DNA of 64,000 nucleotides from contig OZ024741.1 in NCBI GenBank assembly GCA_964016885.1, forward strand, positions 252,092,001-252,156,000, read 5' to 3'. The stretch is from Eledone cirrhosa. Taxonomy: Eukaryota. Below the pieces are notes generated by a model. It was not told the origin of the DNA. It searched no databases and was given only the letters and a program-made list of their open reading frames with translations. Made by a program: the position numbers and the translations under genes. This document shows positions 1 through 18,000 of this stretch, piece after piece. How positions within the stretch are numbered: the stretch's first letter is position 1; each line of letters starts with the position of its first letter.

Positions 1-3000
1 CGTCACCTCATAATACAAAACTACACTATACCACACCACACTACACTATAACACAACTCTCTACACGTCACCTCATAATACAAAATTACACTATACCACA
101 CCACACCACACTATAACACAACTCTCTACACGTCACCTCATAATACAAAACCACACTATACCACACCACACCACACTATAACACAACTCTCTACACGTCA
201 CCTCATAATACAAAACTACACTATACCACACCACACCACACTATAACACAACTATCTACACATCACCTCATAATACAAAACTACACTATACCACACCACA
301 CCACACTACACTATAACACAACTCTCTACACGTCACCCCATAATACAAAACTACACTATACCACACCACACCACACTTTAACACAACTCTCTACACATCA
401 CCTCATAATACAAAACTACACTATACCAGACCACACCACACTACACTATAACACAATTCTCTACACATCACCTCATAATACAAAACTACACTATACCACA
501 CCACACCACACTACACTATAACACAACTCTCTACACGTCACCTCATAATACAAAACTACACTATACCACACCACACCACACTACACTATAACACAACTCT
601 CTACACGTCACCCCATAATACAAAACTACACTATACCACACCACACTACACTATACTATAACACAACTCTCTACACATCACCTCATAATACAAAACTACA
701 CTATACCACACCACACTACACTATACTATAACACAACTCTCTACACATCACCTCATAATACAAAACTACACTATACCACACCACACCACACTACACTATA
801 ACACAACTCTCTGCACATCACCTCATAATACAAAACTACACTATACCACACCACACCACACTACACTATAACACAACTCTCTACACATCACCTCATAATA
901 CAAAACTACACTATACCACACCACACTACACTATAACACAACTCTCTACACGTCACCTCATAATACAAAACTACACTATACCACACCACACCACACTACA
1001 CTATAACACAACTCTCTACACGTCACCTCATAATACAAAACTACACTATACCACACCACACCACACTATAACACAACTCTCTACACGTCACCTCATAATA
1101 CAAAACTACACTATACCACACCACACCACACTATAACACAACTCTCTACACGTCACCTCATAATACAAAACTACACTATACCACACCACACTACACTATA
1201 ACACAACTCTCTACACATCACCCCATAATACAAAACTACACTATACCACACCACACTACACTATAACACAACTCTCTACACGTCACCTCATAATACAAAA
1301 CTACACTATACCACACCACACCACACTACACTATAACACAACTCTCTACACATCACCTCATAATACAAAACTACACTATACCACACCACACTACACTATA
1401 ACACAATTCTCTACACATCACCTCATAATACAAAACTACACTATACCACACCACACTACACTACACTATAACACAACTCTCTACACATCACCTCATAATA
1501 CAAAACTACACTATACCACACCACACAACACTATAACACAACTCTCTACACATCACCTCATAATACAAAACTACACTATACCACACCAGACCACACTACA
1601 CTATAACACAATTCTCTACACATCACCTCATAATACAAAACTACACTATACCACACCACACTACACTACACTATAACACAATTCTCTACACATCACCTCA
1701 TAATACAAAACTACACTATACCACACCACACTACACTATAACACAACTCTCTACACATCACCTCATAATACAAAACTACACTATACCACACCACACTACA
1801 CTATAACACAACTCTCTACACATCACCTCATAATACAAAACTACACTATACCACACCACACCACACTACACTATAACACAATTCTCTACACATCACCTCA
1901 TAATACAAAACTACACTATACCACACCACACTACACTACACTATAACACAACTCTCTACACATCACCTCATAATACAAAACTACACTATACCACACCACA
2001 CTACACTACACTATAACACAACTCTCTACACATCACCTCATAATACAAAACTACACTATACCACACCACACCACACTATAACACAACTCTCTACACATCA
2101 CCTCATAATACAAAACTACACTATACCAGACCACAGCACACTACACTATAACACAATTCTCTACACATCACCTCATAATACAAAACTACACTATACCACA
2201 CCACACCACACTACACTATAACACAACTCTCTACACCTCACCTCATAATACAAAACTACACTATACCACACCACACCACACTACACTATAACACAACTCT
2301 CTACACGTCACCCCATAATACAAAACTACACTATACCACACCACACTACACTATACTATAACACAACTCTCTACACATCACCTCATAATACAAAACTACA
2401 CTATACCACACCACACTACACTATACTATAACACAACTCTCTACACATCACCTCATAATACTAAACTACACTATACCACACCACACCACACTACACTATA
2501 ACACAACTCTCTGCACATCACCTCATAATACAAAACTACACTATACCACACCACACCACACTACACTATAACACAACTCTCTACACATCACCTCATAATA
2601 CAAAACTACACTATACCACACCACACTACACTATAACACAACTCTCTACACGTCACCTCATAATACAAAACTACACTATACCACACCACACCACACTACA
2701 CTATAACACAACTCTCTACACGTCACCTCATAATACAAAACTACACTATACCACACCACACCACACTATAACACAACTCTCTACACGTCACCTCATAATA
2801 CAAAACTACACTATACCACACCACACCACACTATAACACAACTCTCTACACGTCACCCCATAATACAAAACTACACTATACCACACCACACTACACTATA
2901 ACACAACTCTCTACACGTCACCTCATAATACAAAACTACACTATACCACACCACACCACACTACACTATAACACAACTCTCTACACATCACCTCATAATA

Positions 3001-6000
3001 CAAAACTACACTATACCACACCACACTACACTATAACACAATTCTCTACACATCACCTCATAATACAAAACTACACTATACCACACCACACTACACTACA
3101 CTATAACACAACTCTCTACACATCACCTCATAATACAAAACTACACTATACCACACCACACAACACTATAACACAACTCTCTACACATCACCTCATAATA
3201 CAAAACTACACTATACCACACCAGACCACACTACACTATAACACAACTCTCTACACATCACATCATAATACAAAACTACACTATACCACACCACACCACA
3301 CTACACTATATCACAACTCTCTACACATCACCTCATAATACAAAACTACACTATACCACACCACACTACACTACACTATAACACAATTCTCTACACATCA
3401 CCTCATAATACAAAACTACACTATACCACACCACACTACACTATAACACAACTCTCTACACATCACCTCATAATACAAAACTACACTATACCACACCACA
3501 CTACACTATAACACAACTCTCTACACATCACCTCATAATACAAAACTACACTATACCACACCACACCACACTACACTATAACACAATTCTCTACACATCA
3601 CCTCATAATACAAAACTACACTATACCACACCACACTACACTAAACTATAACACAACTCTCTACACATCACCTCATAATACAAAACTACACTATACCACA
3701 CCACACCACACTACACTAAAACACAACTCTCTACACATCACCTCATAATACAAAACTACACTATACCACACCACACTACACTACACTATAACACAACTCT
3801 CTACACATCACCTCATAATACAAAACTACACTATACCACACCACACTACACTATAACACAACTCTCTACACATCACCTCATAATACAAAACTACACTATA
3901 CCACACCACACCACACTACACTATAACACAACTCTCTGCACGTCACCTCATAATACAAAACTACACTATACCACACCACACTACACTATAACACAACTCT
4001 CTACACGTCACCTCATAATACAAAACTACACTATACCACACCACACCACACTATAACACAACTCTCTACACGTCACCTCATAATACAAAACCACACTATA
4101 CCACACCACACCACACTATAACACAACTCTCTACACGTCACCTCATAATACAAAACTACACTATACCACACCACACCACACTATAACACAACTATCTACA
4201 CATCACCTCATAATACAAAACTACACTATACCACACCACACCGCACTACACTATAACACAACTCTCTACACGTCACCCCATAATACAAAACTACACTATA
4301 CCACACCACACCACACTATAACACAACTCTCTACACATCACCTCATAATACAAAACTACACTATACCAGACCACACCACACTACACTATAACACAATTCT
4401 CTACACATCACCTCATAATACAAAACTACACTATACCACACCACACCACACTACACTATAACACAACTCTCTACACGTCACCTCATAATACAAAACTACA
4501 CTATACCACACCACACCACACTACACTATAACACAACTCTCTACACATCACCTCATAATACAAAACTACACTATACCACACCACACCACACTATAACACA
4601 ACTCTCTACACATCACCTCATAATACAAAACTACACTATACCAGACCACACCACACTACACTATAACACAATTCTCTACACATCACCTCATAATACAAAA
4701 CTACACTATACCACACCACACCACACTACACTATAACACAACTCTCTACACCTCACCTCATAATACAAAACTACACTATACCACACCACACCACACTACA
4801 CTATAACACAACTCTCTACACGTCACCCCATAATACAAAACTACACTATACCACACCACACTACACTATACTATAACACAACTCTCTACACATCACCTCA
4901 TAATACAAAACTACACTATACCACACCACACTACACTATACTATAACACAACTCTCTACACATCACCTCATAATACTAAACTACACTATACCACACCACA
5001 CCACACTACACTATAACACAACTCTCTGCACATCACCTCATAATACAAAACTACACTATACCACACCACACCACACTACACTATAACACAACTCTCTACA
5101 CATCACCTCATAATACAAAACTACACTATACCACACCACACTACACTATAACACAACTCTCTACACGTCACCTCATAATACAAAACTACACTATACCACA
5201 CCACACCACACTGCACTATAACACAACTCTCTACACGTCACCTCATAATACAAAACTACACTATACCACACCACACCACACTATAACACAACTCTCTACA
5301 CGTCACCTCATAATACAAAACTACACTATACCACACCACACCACACTATAACACAACTCTCTACACGTCACCCCATAATACAAAACTACACTATACCACA
5401 CCACACTACACTATAACACAACTCTCTACACGTCACCTCATAATACAAAACTACACTATACCACACCACACCACACTACACTATAACACAACTCTCTACA
5501 CATCACCTCATAATACAAAACTACACTATACCACACCACACTACACTATAACACAATTCTCTACACATCACCTCATAATACAAAACTACACTATACCACA
5601 CCACACTACACTACACTATAACACAACTCTCTACACATCACCTCATAATACAAAACTACACTATACCACACCACACAACACTATAACACAACTCTCTACA
5701 CATCACCTCATAATACAAAACTACACTATACCACACCAGACCACACTACACTATAACACAACTCTCTACACATCACATCATAATACAAAACTACACTATA
5801 CCACACCACACCACACTACACTATATCACAACTCTCTACACATCACCTCATAATACAAAACTACACTATACCACACCACACTACACTACACTATAACACA
5901 ATTCTCTACACATCACCTCATAATACAAAACTACACTATACCACACCACACTACACTATAACACAACTCTCTACACATCACCTCATAATACAAAACTACA

Positions 6001-9000
6001 CTATACCACACCACACTACACTATAACACAACTCTCTACACATCACCTCATAATACAAAACTACACTATACCACACCACACCACACTACACTATAACACA
6101 ATTCTCTACACATCACCTCATAATACAAAACTACACTATACCACACCACACTACACTAAACTATAACACAACTCTCTACACATCACCTCATAATACAAAA
6201 CTACACTATACCACACCACACCACACTACACTAAAACACAACTCTCTACACATCACCTCATAATACAAAACTACACTATACCACACCACACTACACTACA
6301 CTATAACACAACTCTCTACACATCACCTCATAATACAAAACTACACTATACCACACCACACTACACTATAACACAACTCTCTACACATCACCTCATAATA
6401 CAAAACTACACTATACCACACCACACCACACTACACTATAACACAACTCTCTGCACGTCACCTCATAATACAAAACTACACTATACCACACCACACTACA
6501 CTATAACACAACTCTCTACACGTCACCTCATAATACAAAACTACACTATACCACACCACACCACACTATAACACAACTCTCTACACGTCACCTCATAATA
6601 CAAAACCACACTATACCACACCACACCACACTATAACACAACTCTCTACACGTCACCTCATAATACAAAACTACACTATACCACACCACACCACACTATA
6701 ACACAACTATCTACACATCACCTCATAATACAAAACTACACTATACCACACCACACCGCACTACACTATAACACAACTCTCTACACGTCACCCCATAATA
6801 CAAAACTACACTATACCACACCACACCACACTATAACACAACTCTCTACACATCACCTCATAATACAAAACTACACTATACCAGACCACACCACACTACA
6901 CTATAACACAATTCTCTACACATCACCTCATAATACAAAACTACACTATACCACACCACACCACACTACACTATAACACAACTCTCTACACGTCACCTCA
7001 TAATACAAAACTACACTATACCACACCACACCACACTACACTATAACACAACTCTCTACACATCACCTCATAATACAAAACCACACTATCCCACACCAGA
7101 CCAGACTACACTATAACACAACTCTCTACACGTCACCTCATAATACAAAACTACACTATACCACACCACACCACACTACACTATAACACAACTCTCTACA
7201 CATCACCTCATAATACAAAACTACACTATACCACACCACACCACACTACACTATAACACAACTCTCTACACATCACCTCATAATACAAAACTACACTATA
7301 CCACACCACACTACACTATAACACAAATCTCTACACGTCACCTCATAATACAAATCTACACTATACCACACCACACCACACTACACTATAACACAACTCT
7401 CTACACGTCACCTCATAATACAAAACTACACTATACCACACCACACCACACTATAACACAACTCTCTACACGTCACCTCATAATACAAAACTACACTATA
7501 CCACACCACACCACACTATAACACAACTCTCTACACGTCACCTCATAATACAAAACTACACTATACCACACCACACTACACTATAACACAACTCTCTACA
7601 CATCACCTCATAATACAAAACTACACTATACCACACCACACTACACTATAACACAACTCTCTACACGTCACCTCATAATACAAAACTACACTATACCACA
7701 CCACACCACACTACACTATAACACAACTCTCTACACATCACCTCATAATACAAAACTACACTATACCACACCACACTACACTATAACACAATTCTCTACA
7801 CATCACCTCATAATACAAAACTACACTATACCACACCACACTACACTACACTATAACACAACTCTCTACACATCACCTCATAATACAAAACTACACTATA
7901 CCAGACCACACAACACTATAACACAACTCTCTACACATCACCTCATAATACAAAACTACACTATACCACACCAGACCACACTACACTATAACACAACTCT
8001 CTACACATCACCTCATAATACAAAACTACACTATACCACACCACACCACACTACACTATAACACAATTCTCTACACATCACCTCATAATACAAAACTACA
8101 CTATACCACACCACACTACACTACACTATAACACAACTCTCTACACATCACCTCATAATACAAAACTACACTATACCACACCACACCACACTACACTAAA
8201 ACACAACTCTCTACACATCACCTCATAATACAAAACTACACTATACCACACCACACTACACTACACTATAACACAACTCTCTACACATCACCTCATAATA
8301 CAAAACTACACTATACCACACCACACTACACTATAACACAACTCTCTACACATCACCTCATAATACAAAACTACACTATACCACACCACACCACACTACA
8401 CTATAACACAACTCTCTACACGTCACCTCATAATACAAAAAAACACAATACCACACAACACCACACTATAACACAACTCTCTACACGTCACCTCATAATA
8501 CAAAACCACACTATACCACACCACACCACACTATAACACAACTCTCTACACGTCACCTCATAATACAAAACTACACTATACCACACCACACCACACTATA
8601 ACACAACTCTCTACACATCACCTCATAATACAAAACTACACTATACCACACCACACCACACTACACTATAACACAATTCTCTACACATCACCTCATAATA
8701 CAAAACTACACTATACCACACCACACTACACTACACTATAACACAACTCTCTACACATCACCTCATAATACAAAACTACACTATACCACACCACACTACA
8801 CTACACTATAACACAACTCTCTACACATCACCTCATAATACAAAACTACACTATACCACACCACACCACACTATAACACAACTCTCTACACATCACCTCA
8901 TAATACAAAACTACACTATACCAGACCACACCACACTACACTATAACACAATTCTCTACACATCACCTCATAATACAAAACTACACTATACCACACCACA

Positions 9001-12000
9001 CCACACTACACTATAACACAACTCTCTACACCTCACCTCATAATACAAAACTACACTATACCACACCACACCACACTACACTATAACACAACTCTCTACA
9101 CGTCACCCCATAATACAAAACTACACTATACCACACCACACTACACTATACTATAACACAACTCTCTACACATCACCTCATAATACAAAACTACACTATA
9201 CCACACCACACTACACTATACTATAACACAACTCTCTACACATCACCTCATAATACTAAACTACACTATACCACACCACACCACACTACACTATAACACA
9301 ACTCTCTGCACATCACCTCATAATACAAAACTACACTATACCACACCACACCACACTACACTATAACACAACTCTCTACACATCACCTCATAATACAAAA
9401 CTACACTATACCACACCACACTACACTATAACACAACTCTCTACACGTCACCTCATAATACAAAACTACACTATACCACACCACACCACACTACACTATA
9501 ACACAACTCTCTACACGTCACCTCATAATACAAAACTACACTATACCACACCACACCACACTATAACACAACTCTCTACACGTCACCTCATAATACAAAA
9601 CTACACTATACCACACCACACCACACTATAACACAACTCTCTACACGTCACCCCATAATACAAAACTACACTATACCACACCACACTACACTATAACACA
9701 ACTCTCTACACGTCACCTCATAAAACAAAACTACACTATACCACACCACACCACACTACACTATAACACAACTCTCTACACATCACCTCATAATACAAAA
9801 CTACACTATACCACACCACACTACACTATAACACAATTCTCTACACATCACCTCATAATACAAAACTACACTATACCACACCACACTACACTACACTATA
9901 ACACAACTCTCTACACATCACCTCATAATACAAAACTACACTATACCACACCACACAACACTATAACACAACTCTCTACACATCACCTCATAATACAAAA
10001 CTACACTATACCACACCAGACCACACTACACTATAACACAACTCTCTACACATCACCTCATAATACAAAACTACACTATACCACACCACACTACACTATA
10101 ACACAACTCTCTACACATCACCTCATAATACAAAACTACACTATACCACACCACACCACACTACACTATAACACAATTCTCTACACATCACCTCATAATA
10201 CAAAACTACACTATACCACACCACACTACACTACACTATAACACAACTCTCTACACATCACCTCATAATACAAAACTACACTATACCACACCACACCACA
10301 CTACACTAAAACACAACTCTCTACACATCACCTCATAATACAAAACTACACTATACCACACCACACTACACTACACTATAACACAACTCTCTACACATCA
10401 CCTCATAATACAAAACTACACTATACCACACCACACTACACTATAACACAACTCTCTACACATCACCTCATAATACAAAACTACACTATACCACACCACA
10501 CCACACTACACTATAACACAACTCTCTGCACGTCACCTCATAATACAAAACTACACTATACCACACCACACTACACTATAACACAACTCTCTACACGTCA
10601 CCTCATAATACAAAACTACACTATACCACACCACACCACACTATAACACAACTCTCTACACGTCACCTCATAATACAAAACCACACTATACCACACCACA
10701 CCACACTATAACACAACTCTCTACACGTCACCTCATAATACAAAACTACACTATACCACACCACACCACACTATAACACAACTATCTACACATCACCTCA
10801 TAATACAAAACTACACTATACCACACCACACCGCACTACACTATAACACAACTCTCTACACGTCACCCCATAATACAAAACTACACTATACCACACCACA
10901 CCACACTATAACACAACTCTCTACACATCACCTCATAATACAAAACTACACTATACCAGACCACACCACACTACACTATAACACAATTCTCTACACATCA
11001 CCTCATAATACAAAACTACACTATACCACACCACACCACACTACACTATAACACAACTCTCTACACGTCACCTCATAATACAAAACTACACTATACCACA
11101 CCACACCACACTACACTATAACACAACTCTCTACACATCACCTCATAATACAAAACCACACTATACCACACCAGACCAGACTACACTATAACACAACTCT
11201 CTACACGTCACCTCATAATACAAAACTACACTATACCACACCACACCACACTACACTATAACACAACTCTCTACACATCACCTCATAATACAAAACTACA
11301 CTATACCACACCACACCACACTACACTATAACACAACTCTCTACACATCACCTCATAATACAAAACTACACTATACCACACCACACTACACTATAACACA
11401 AATCTCTACACGTCACCTCATAATACAAATCTACACTATACCACACCACACCACACTACACTATAACACAACTCTCTACACGTCACCTCATAATACAAAA
11501 CTACACTATACCACACCACACCACACTATAACACAACTCTCTACACGTCACCTCATAATACAAAACTACACTATACCACACCACACCACACTATAACACA
11601 ACTCTCTACACGTCACCTCATAATACAAAACTACACTATACCACACCACACTACACTATAACACAACTCTCTACACATCACCTCATAATACAAAACTACA
11701 CTATACCACACCACACTACACTATAACACAACTCTCTACACGTCACCTCATAATACAAAACTACACTATACCACACCACACCACACTACACTATAACACA
11801 ACTCTCTACACATCACCTCATAATACAAAACTACACTATACCACACCACACTACACTATAACACAATTCTCTACACATCACCTCATAATACAAAACTACA
11901 CTATACCACACCACACTACACTACACTATAACACAACTCTCTACACACCACCTCATAATACAAAACTACACTATACCAGACCACACAACACTATAACACA

Positions 12001-15000
12001 ACTCTCTACACATCACCTCATAATACAAAACTACACTATACCACACCAGACCACACTACACTATAACACAACTCTCTACACATCACCTCATAATACAAAA
12101 CTACACTATACCACACCACACCACACTACACTATAACACAATTCTCTACACATCACCTCATAATACAAAACTACACTATACCACACTACACTACACTATA
12201 ACACAACTCTCTACACATCACCTCATAATACAAAACTACACTATACCACACCACACCACACTACACTAAAACACAACTCTCTACACATCACCTCATAATA
12301 CAAAACTACACTATACCACACCACACTACACTACACTATAACACAACTCTCTACACATCACCTCATAATACAAAACTACACTATACCACACCACACTACA
12401 CTATAACACAACTCTCTACACATCACCTCATAATACAAAACTACACTATACCACACCACACCACACTACACTATAACACAACTCTCTACACGTCACCTCA
12501 TAATACAAAAAAACACAATACCACACAACACCACACTATAACACAACTCTCTACACGTCACCTCATAATACAAAACCACACTATACCACACCACACCAGA
12601 CTATAACACAACTCTCTACACGTCACCTCATAATACAAAACTACACTATACCACACCACACCACACTATAACACAACTATCTACACATCACCTCATAATA
12701 CAAAACTACACTATACCACACCACACCACACTATAACACAACTCTCTACACGTCACCTCATAATACAAAACTACACTATACCACACCACACCACACTACA
12801 CTATAACAGAACTCACTACACATCACCTCATAATACAAAACTACACTATACCACACCAGACCACACCACACTACACTATAACACAACTTTCTACACGTCA
12901 CCTCATAATACAAAACTACACTATACCACACCACACCACACTACACTATAACACAACTCTCTACACATCACCTCATAATACAAAACTACACTATACCACA
13001 CCACACCACACTACACTATAACACAACTCTCTACACATCACCTCATAATACAAAACTACACTATACCACACCACACCACACTATAACACAACTCTCTACA
13101 CGTCACCTCATGATACAAAACCACACTATACCACACCACACCACACTATAACACAACTATCTACACGTCACCTCATAATACAAAACTACACTATACCACA
13201 CCACACCACACTATAACACAACTCTCTACACGTCACCTCATAATACAAACTACACTATACCACACCAGACCAGACTACACTATAACACAACTCTCTACAC
13301 GTCACCTCATAATACAAAACTACACTATACCACACCACACCACACTACACTATAACACAACTCTCTACACATCACCTCATAATACAAAACTACACTATAC
13401 CACACCACACCACACTACACTATAACACAACTCTCTACACATCACCTTATAATACAAAACTACACTATACCACACCACACTACACTCTAACACAACTCTC
13501 TGCACATCACCTCATAATACAAAACTACACTATACCACACCACACTACACTATAACACAACTCACTACACATCACCTCATAATACAAAACTACACTATAC
13601 CATACCACACCACACTACACTATAACACAACTCACTACACATCACATCATAATACAAAACTACACTATACCACACCACACCACACTACACTATACTATAA
13701 CACAACTCTCTACACATCACCTCATAATACAAAACTACACTATACCACACCACACTACACTATAACACAACTCTCTGCACATCACCTCATAATACAAAAC
13801 TACACTATACCACACCACACCACACTACACTATAACACAACTCTCTACACATCACCTCATAATACAAAACTACACTATACCACACCACACTACACTATAA
13901 CACAACTCTCTACACGTCACCTCATAATACAAAACTACACTATACCACACCACACCACACTACACTATAACACAACTCTCTACACGTCACCTCATAATAC
14001 AAAACTACACTATACCACACCACACCACACTATAACACAACTCTCTACACGTCACCTCATAATACAAAACTACACTATACCACACCACACCACACTATAA
14101 CACAACTCTCTACACGTCACCTCATAATACAAAACTACACTATACCACACCACACTACACTATAACACAACTCTCTACACATCACCTCATAATACAAAAC
14201 TACACTATACCACACCACACTACACTATAACACAACTCTCTACACGTCACCTCATAATACAAAACTACACTATACCACACCACACCACACTACACTATAA
14301 CACAACTCTCTACACATCACCTCATAATACAAAACTACACTATACCACACCACACTACACTATAACACAATTCTCTACACATCACCTCATAATACAAAAC
14401 TACACTATACCACACCACACTACACTACACTATAACACAACTCTCTACACATCACCTCATAATACAAAACTACACTATACCACACCACACAACACTATAA
14501 CACAACTCTCTAAACATCACCTCATAATACAAAACTACACTATACCACACCAGACCACACTACACTATAACACAACCCTCTACACATCACCTCATAATAC
14601 AAAACTACACTATACCACACCACACCACACTACACTATAACACAATTCTCTACACATCACCTCATAATACAAAACTACACTATACCACACCACACTACAC
14701 TACACTATAACACAACTCTCTACACATCACCTCATAATACAAAACTACACTATACTACACCACACCACACTACACTAAAACACAACTCTCTACACATCAC
14801 CTCATAATACAAAACTACACTATACCACACCACACTACACTATAACACAACTCTCTACACATCACCTCATAATACAAAACTACACTATACCACACCACAC
14901 CACACTACACTATAACACAACTCTCTACACGTCACCTCATAATACAAAAAAACACAATACCACACAACACCACACTATAACACAACTCTCTACACGTCAC

Positions 15001-18000
15001 CTCATAATACAAAACCACACTATACCACACCACACCACACTATAACACAACTCTCTACACGTCACCTCATAATACAAAACTACACTATACCACACCACAC
15101 CACACTATAACACAACTATCTACACATCACCTCATAATACAAAACTACACTATACCACACCACACCACACTATAACACAACTCTCTACACGTCACCTCAT
15201 AATACAAAACTACACTATACCACACCACACCACACTACACTATAACACAACTCACTACACATCACCTCATAATACAAAACTACACTATACCACACCAGAC
15301 CACACCACACTACACTATAACACAAGTTTCTACACGTCACCTCATAATACAAAACTACACTATACCACACCACACCACACTACACTATAACACAACTCTC
15401 TACACATCACCTCATAATACAAAACTACACTATACCACACCACACTACACTATAACACAACTCTCTACACATCACCTCATAATACAAAACTACACTATAC
15501 CACACCACACCACACTATAACACATCTCTCTACACGTCACCTCATGATACAAAACCACACTATACCACACCACACCACACTATAACACAACTATCTACAC
15601 GTCACCTCATAATACAAAACTACACTATACCACACCACACCACACTATAACACAACTCTCTACACGTCACCTCATAATACAAACTACACTATACCACACC
15701 AGACCAGACTACACTATAACACAACTCTCTACACGTCACCTCATAATACAAAACTACACTATACCACACCACACCACACTACACTATAACACAACTCTCT
15801 ACACATCACCTCATAATACAAAACTACACTATACCACACCACACCACACTACACTATAACACAACTCTCTACACATCACCTTATAATACAAAACTACACT
15901 ATACCACACCACACTACACTATAACACAACTCTCTGCACATCACCTCATAATACAAAACTACACTATACCACACCACACTACACTATAACACAACTCACT
16001 ACACATCACCTCATAATACAAAACTACACTATACCATACCACACCACACTACACTATAACACAACTCACTACACATCACATCATAATACAAAACTACACT
16101 ATACCACACCACACCACACTACACTATACTATAACACAACTCTCTACACATCACCTCATAATACAAAACTACACTATACCACACCACACTACACTATAAC
16201 ACAACTCTCTGCACATCACCTCATAATACAAAACTACACTATACCACACCACACCACACTACACTATAACACAACTCTCTACACATCACCTCATAATACA
16301 AAACTACACTATACCACACCACACTACACTATAACACAACTCTCTACACGTCACCTCATAATACAAAACTACACTATACCACACCACACCACACTACACT
16401 ATAACACAACTCTCTACACGTCACCTCATAATACAAAACTACACTATACCACACCACACCACACTATAACACAACTCTCTACACGTCACCTCATAATACA
16501 AAACTACACTATACCACACCACACCACACTATAACACAACTCTCTACACGTCACCTCATAATACAAAACTACACTATACCACACCACACTACACTATAAC
16601 ACAACTCTCTACACATCACCTCATAATACATAACTACACTATACCACACCACACTACACTATAACACAACTCTCTACACGTCACCTCATAATACAAAACT
16701 ACACTATACCACACCACACCACACTACACTATAACACAACTCTCTACACATCACCTCATAATACAAATCTACACTATACCACACCACACTACACTATAAC
16801 ACAATTCTCTACACATCACCTCATAATACAAAACTACACTATACCACACCACACTACACTACACTATAACACAACTCTCTACACATCACCTCATAATACA
16901 AAACTACACTATACCACACCACACAACACTATAACACAACTCTCTACACATCACCTCATAATACAAAACTACACTATACCACACCAGACCACACTACACT
17001 ATAACACAACCCTCTACACATCACCTCATAATACAAAACTACACTATACCACACCACACCACACTACACTATAACACAATTCTCTACACATCACCTCATA
17101 ATACAAAACTACACTATACCACACCACACTACACTACACTATAACACAACTCTCTACACATCACCTCATAATACAAAACTACACTATACCACACCACACC
17201 ACACTACACTAAAACACAACTCTCTACACATCACCTCATAATACAAAACTACACTATACCACACCACACTACACTATAACACAACTCTCTACACATCACC
17301 TCATAATACAAAACTACACTATACCACACCACACCACACTACACTATAACACAACTCTCTGCACGTCACCTCATAATACAAAACTACACTATACCACACC
17401 ACACTACACTATAACACAACTCTCTACACGTCACCTCATAATACAAAAAAACACAATACCACACAACACCACACTATAACACAACTCTCTACACGTCACC
17501 TCATAATACAAAACCACACTATACCACACCACACCACACTATAACACAACTCTCTACACGTCACCTCATAATACAAAACTACACTATACCACACCACACC
17601 ACACTATAACACAACTCTCTACACGTCACCTCATAATACAAAACTACACTATACCACACCACACCACACTACACTATAACACAACTCACTACACATCACC
17701 TCATAATACAAAACTACACTATACCACACCAGACCACACCACACTACACTATAACACAACTTTCTACACGTCACCTCATAATACAAAACTACACTATACC
17801 ACACCACACCACACTACACTATAACACAACTCTCTACACATCACCTCATAATACAAAACTACACTATACCACACCACACTACACTATAACACAACTCTCT
17901 ACACATCACCTCATAATACAAAACTACACTATACCACACCACACCACACTATAACACAACTCTCTACACGTCACCTCATGATACAAAATCACACTATACC

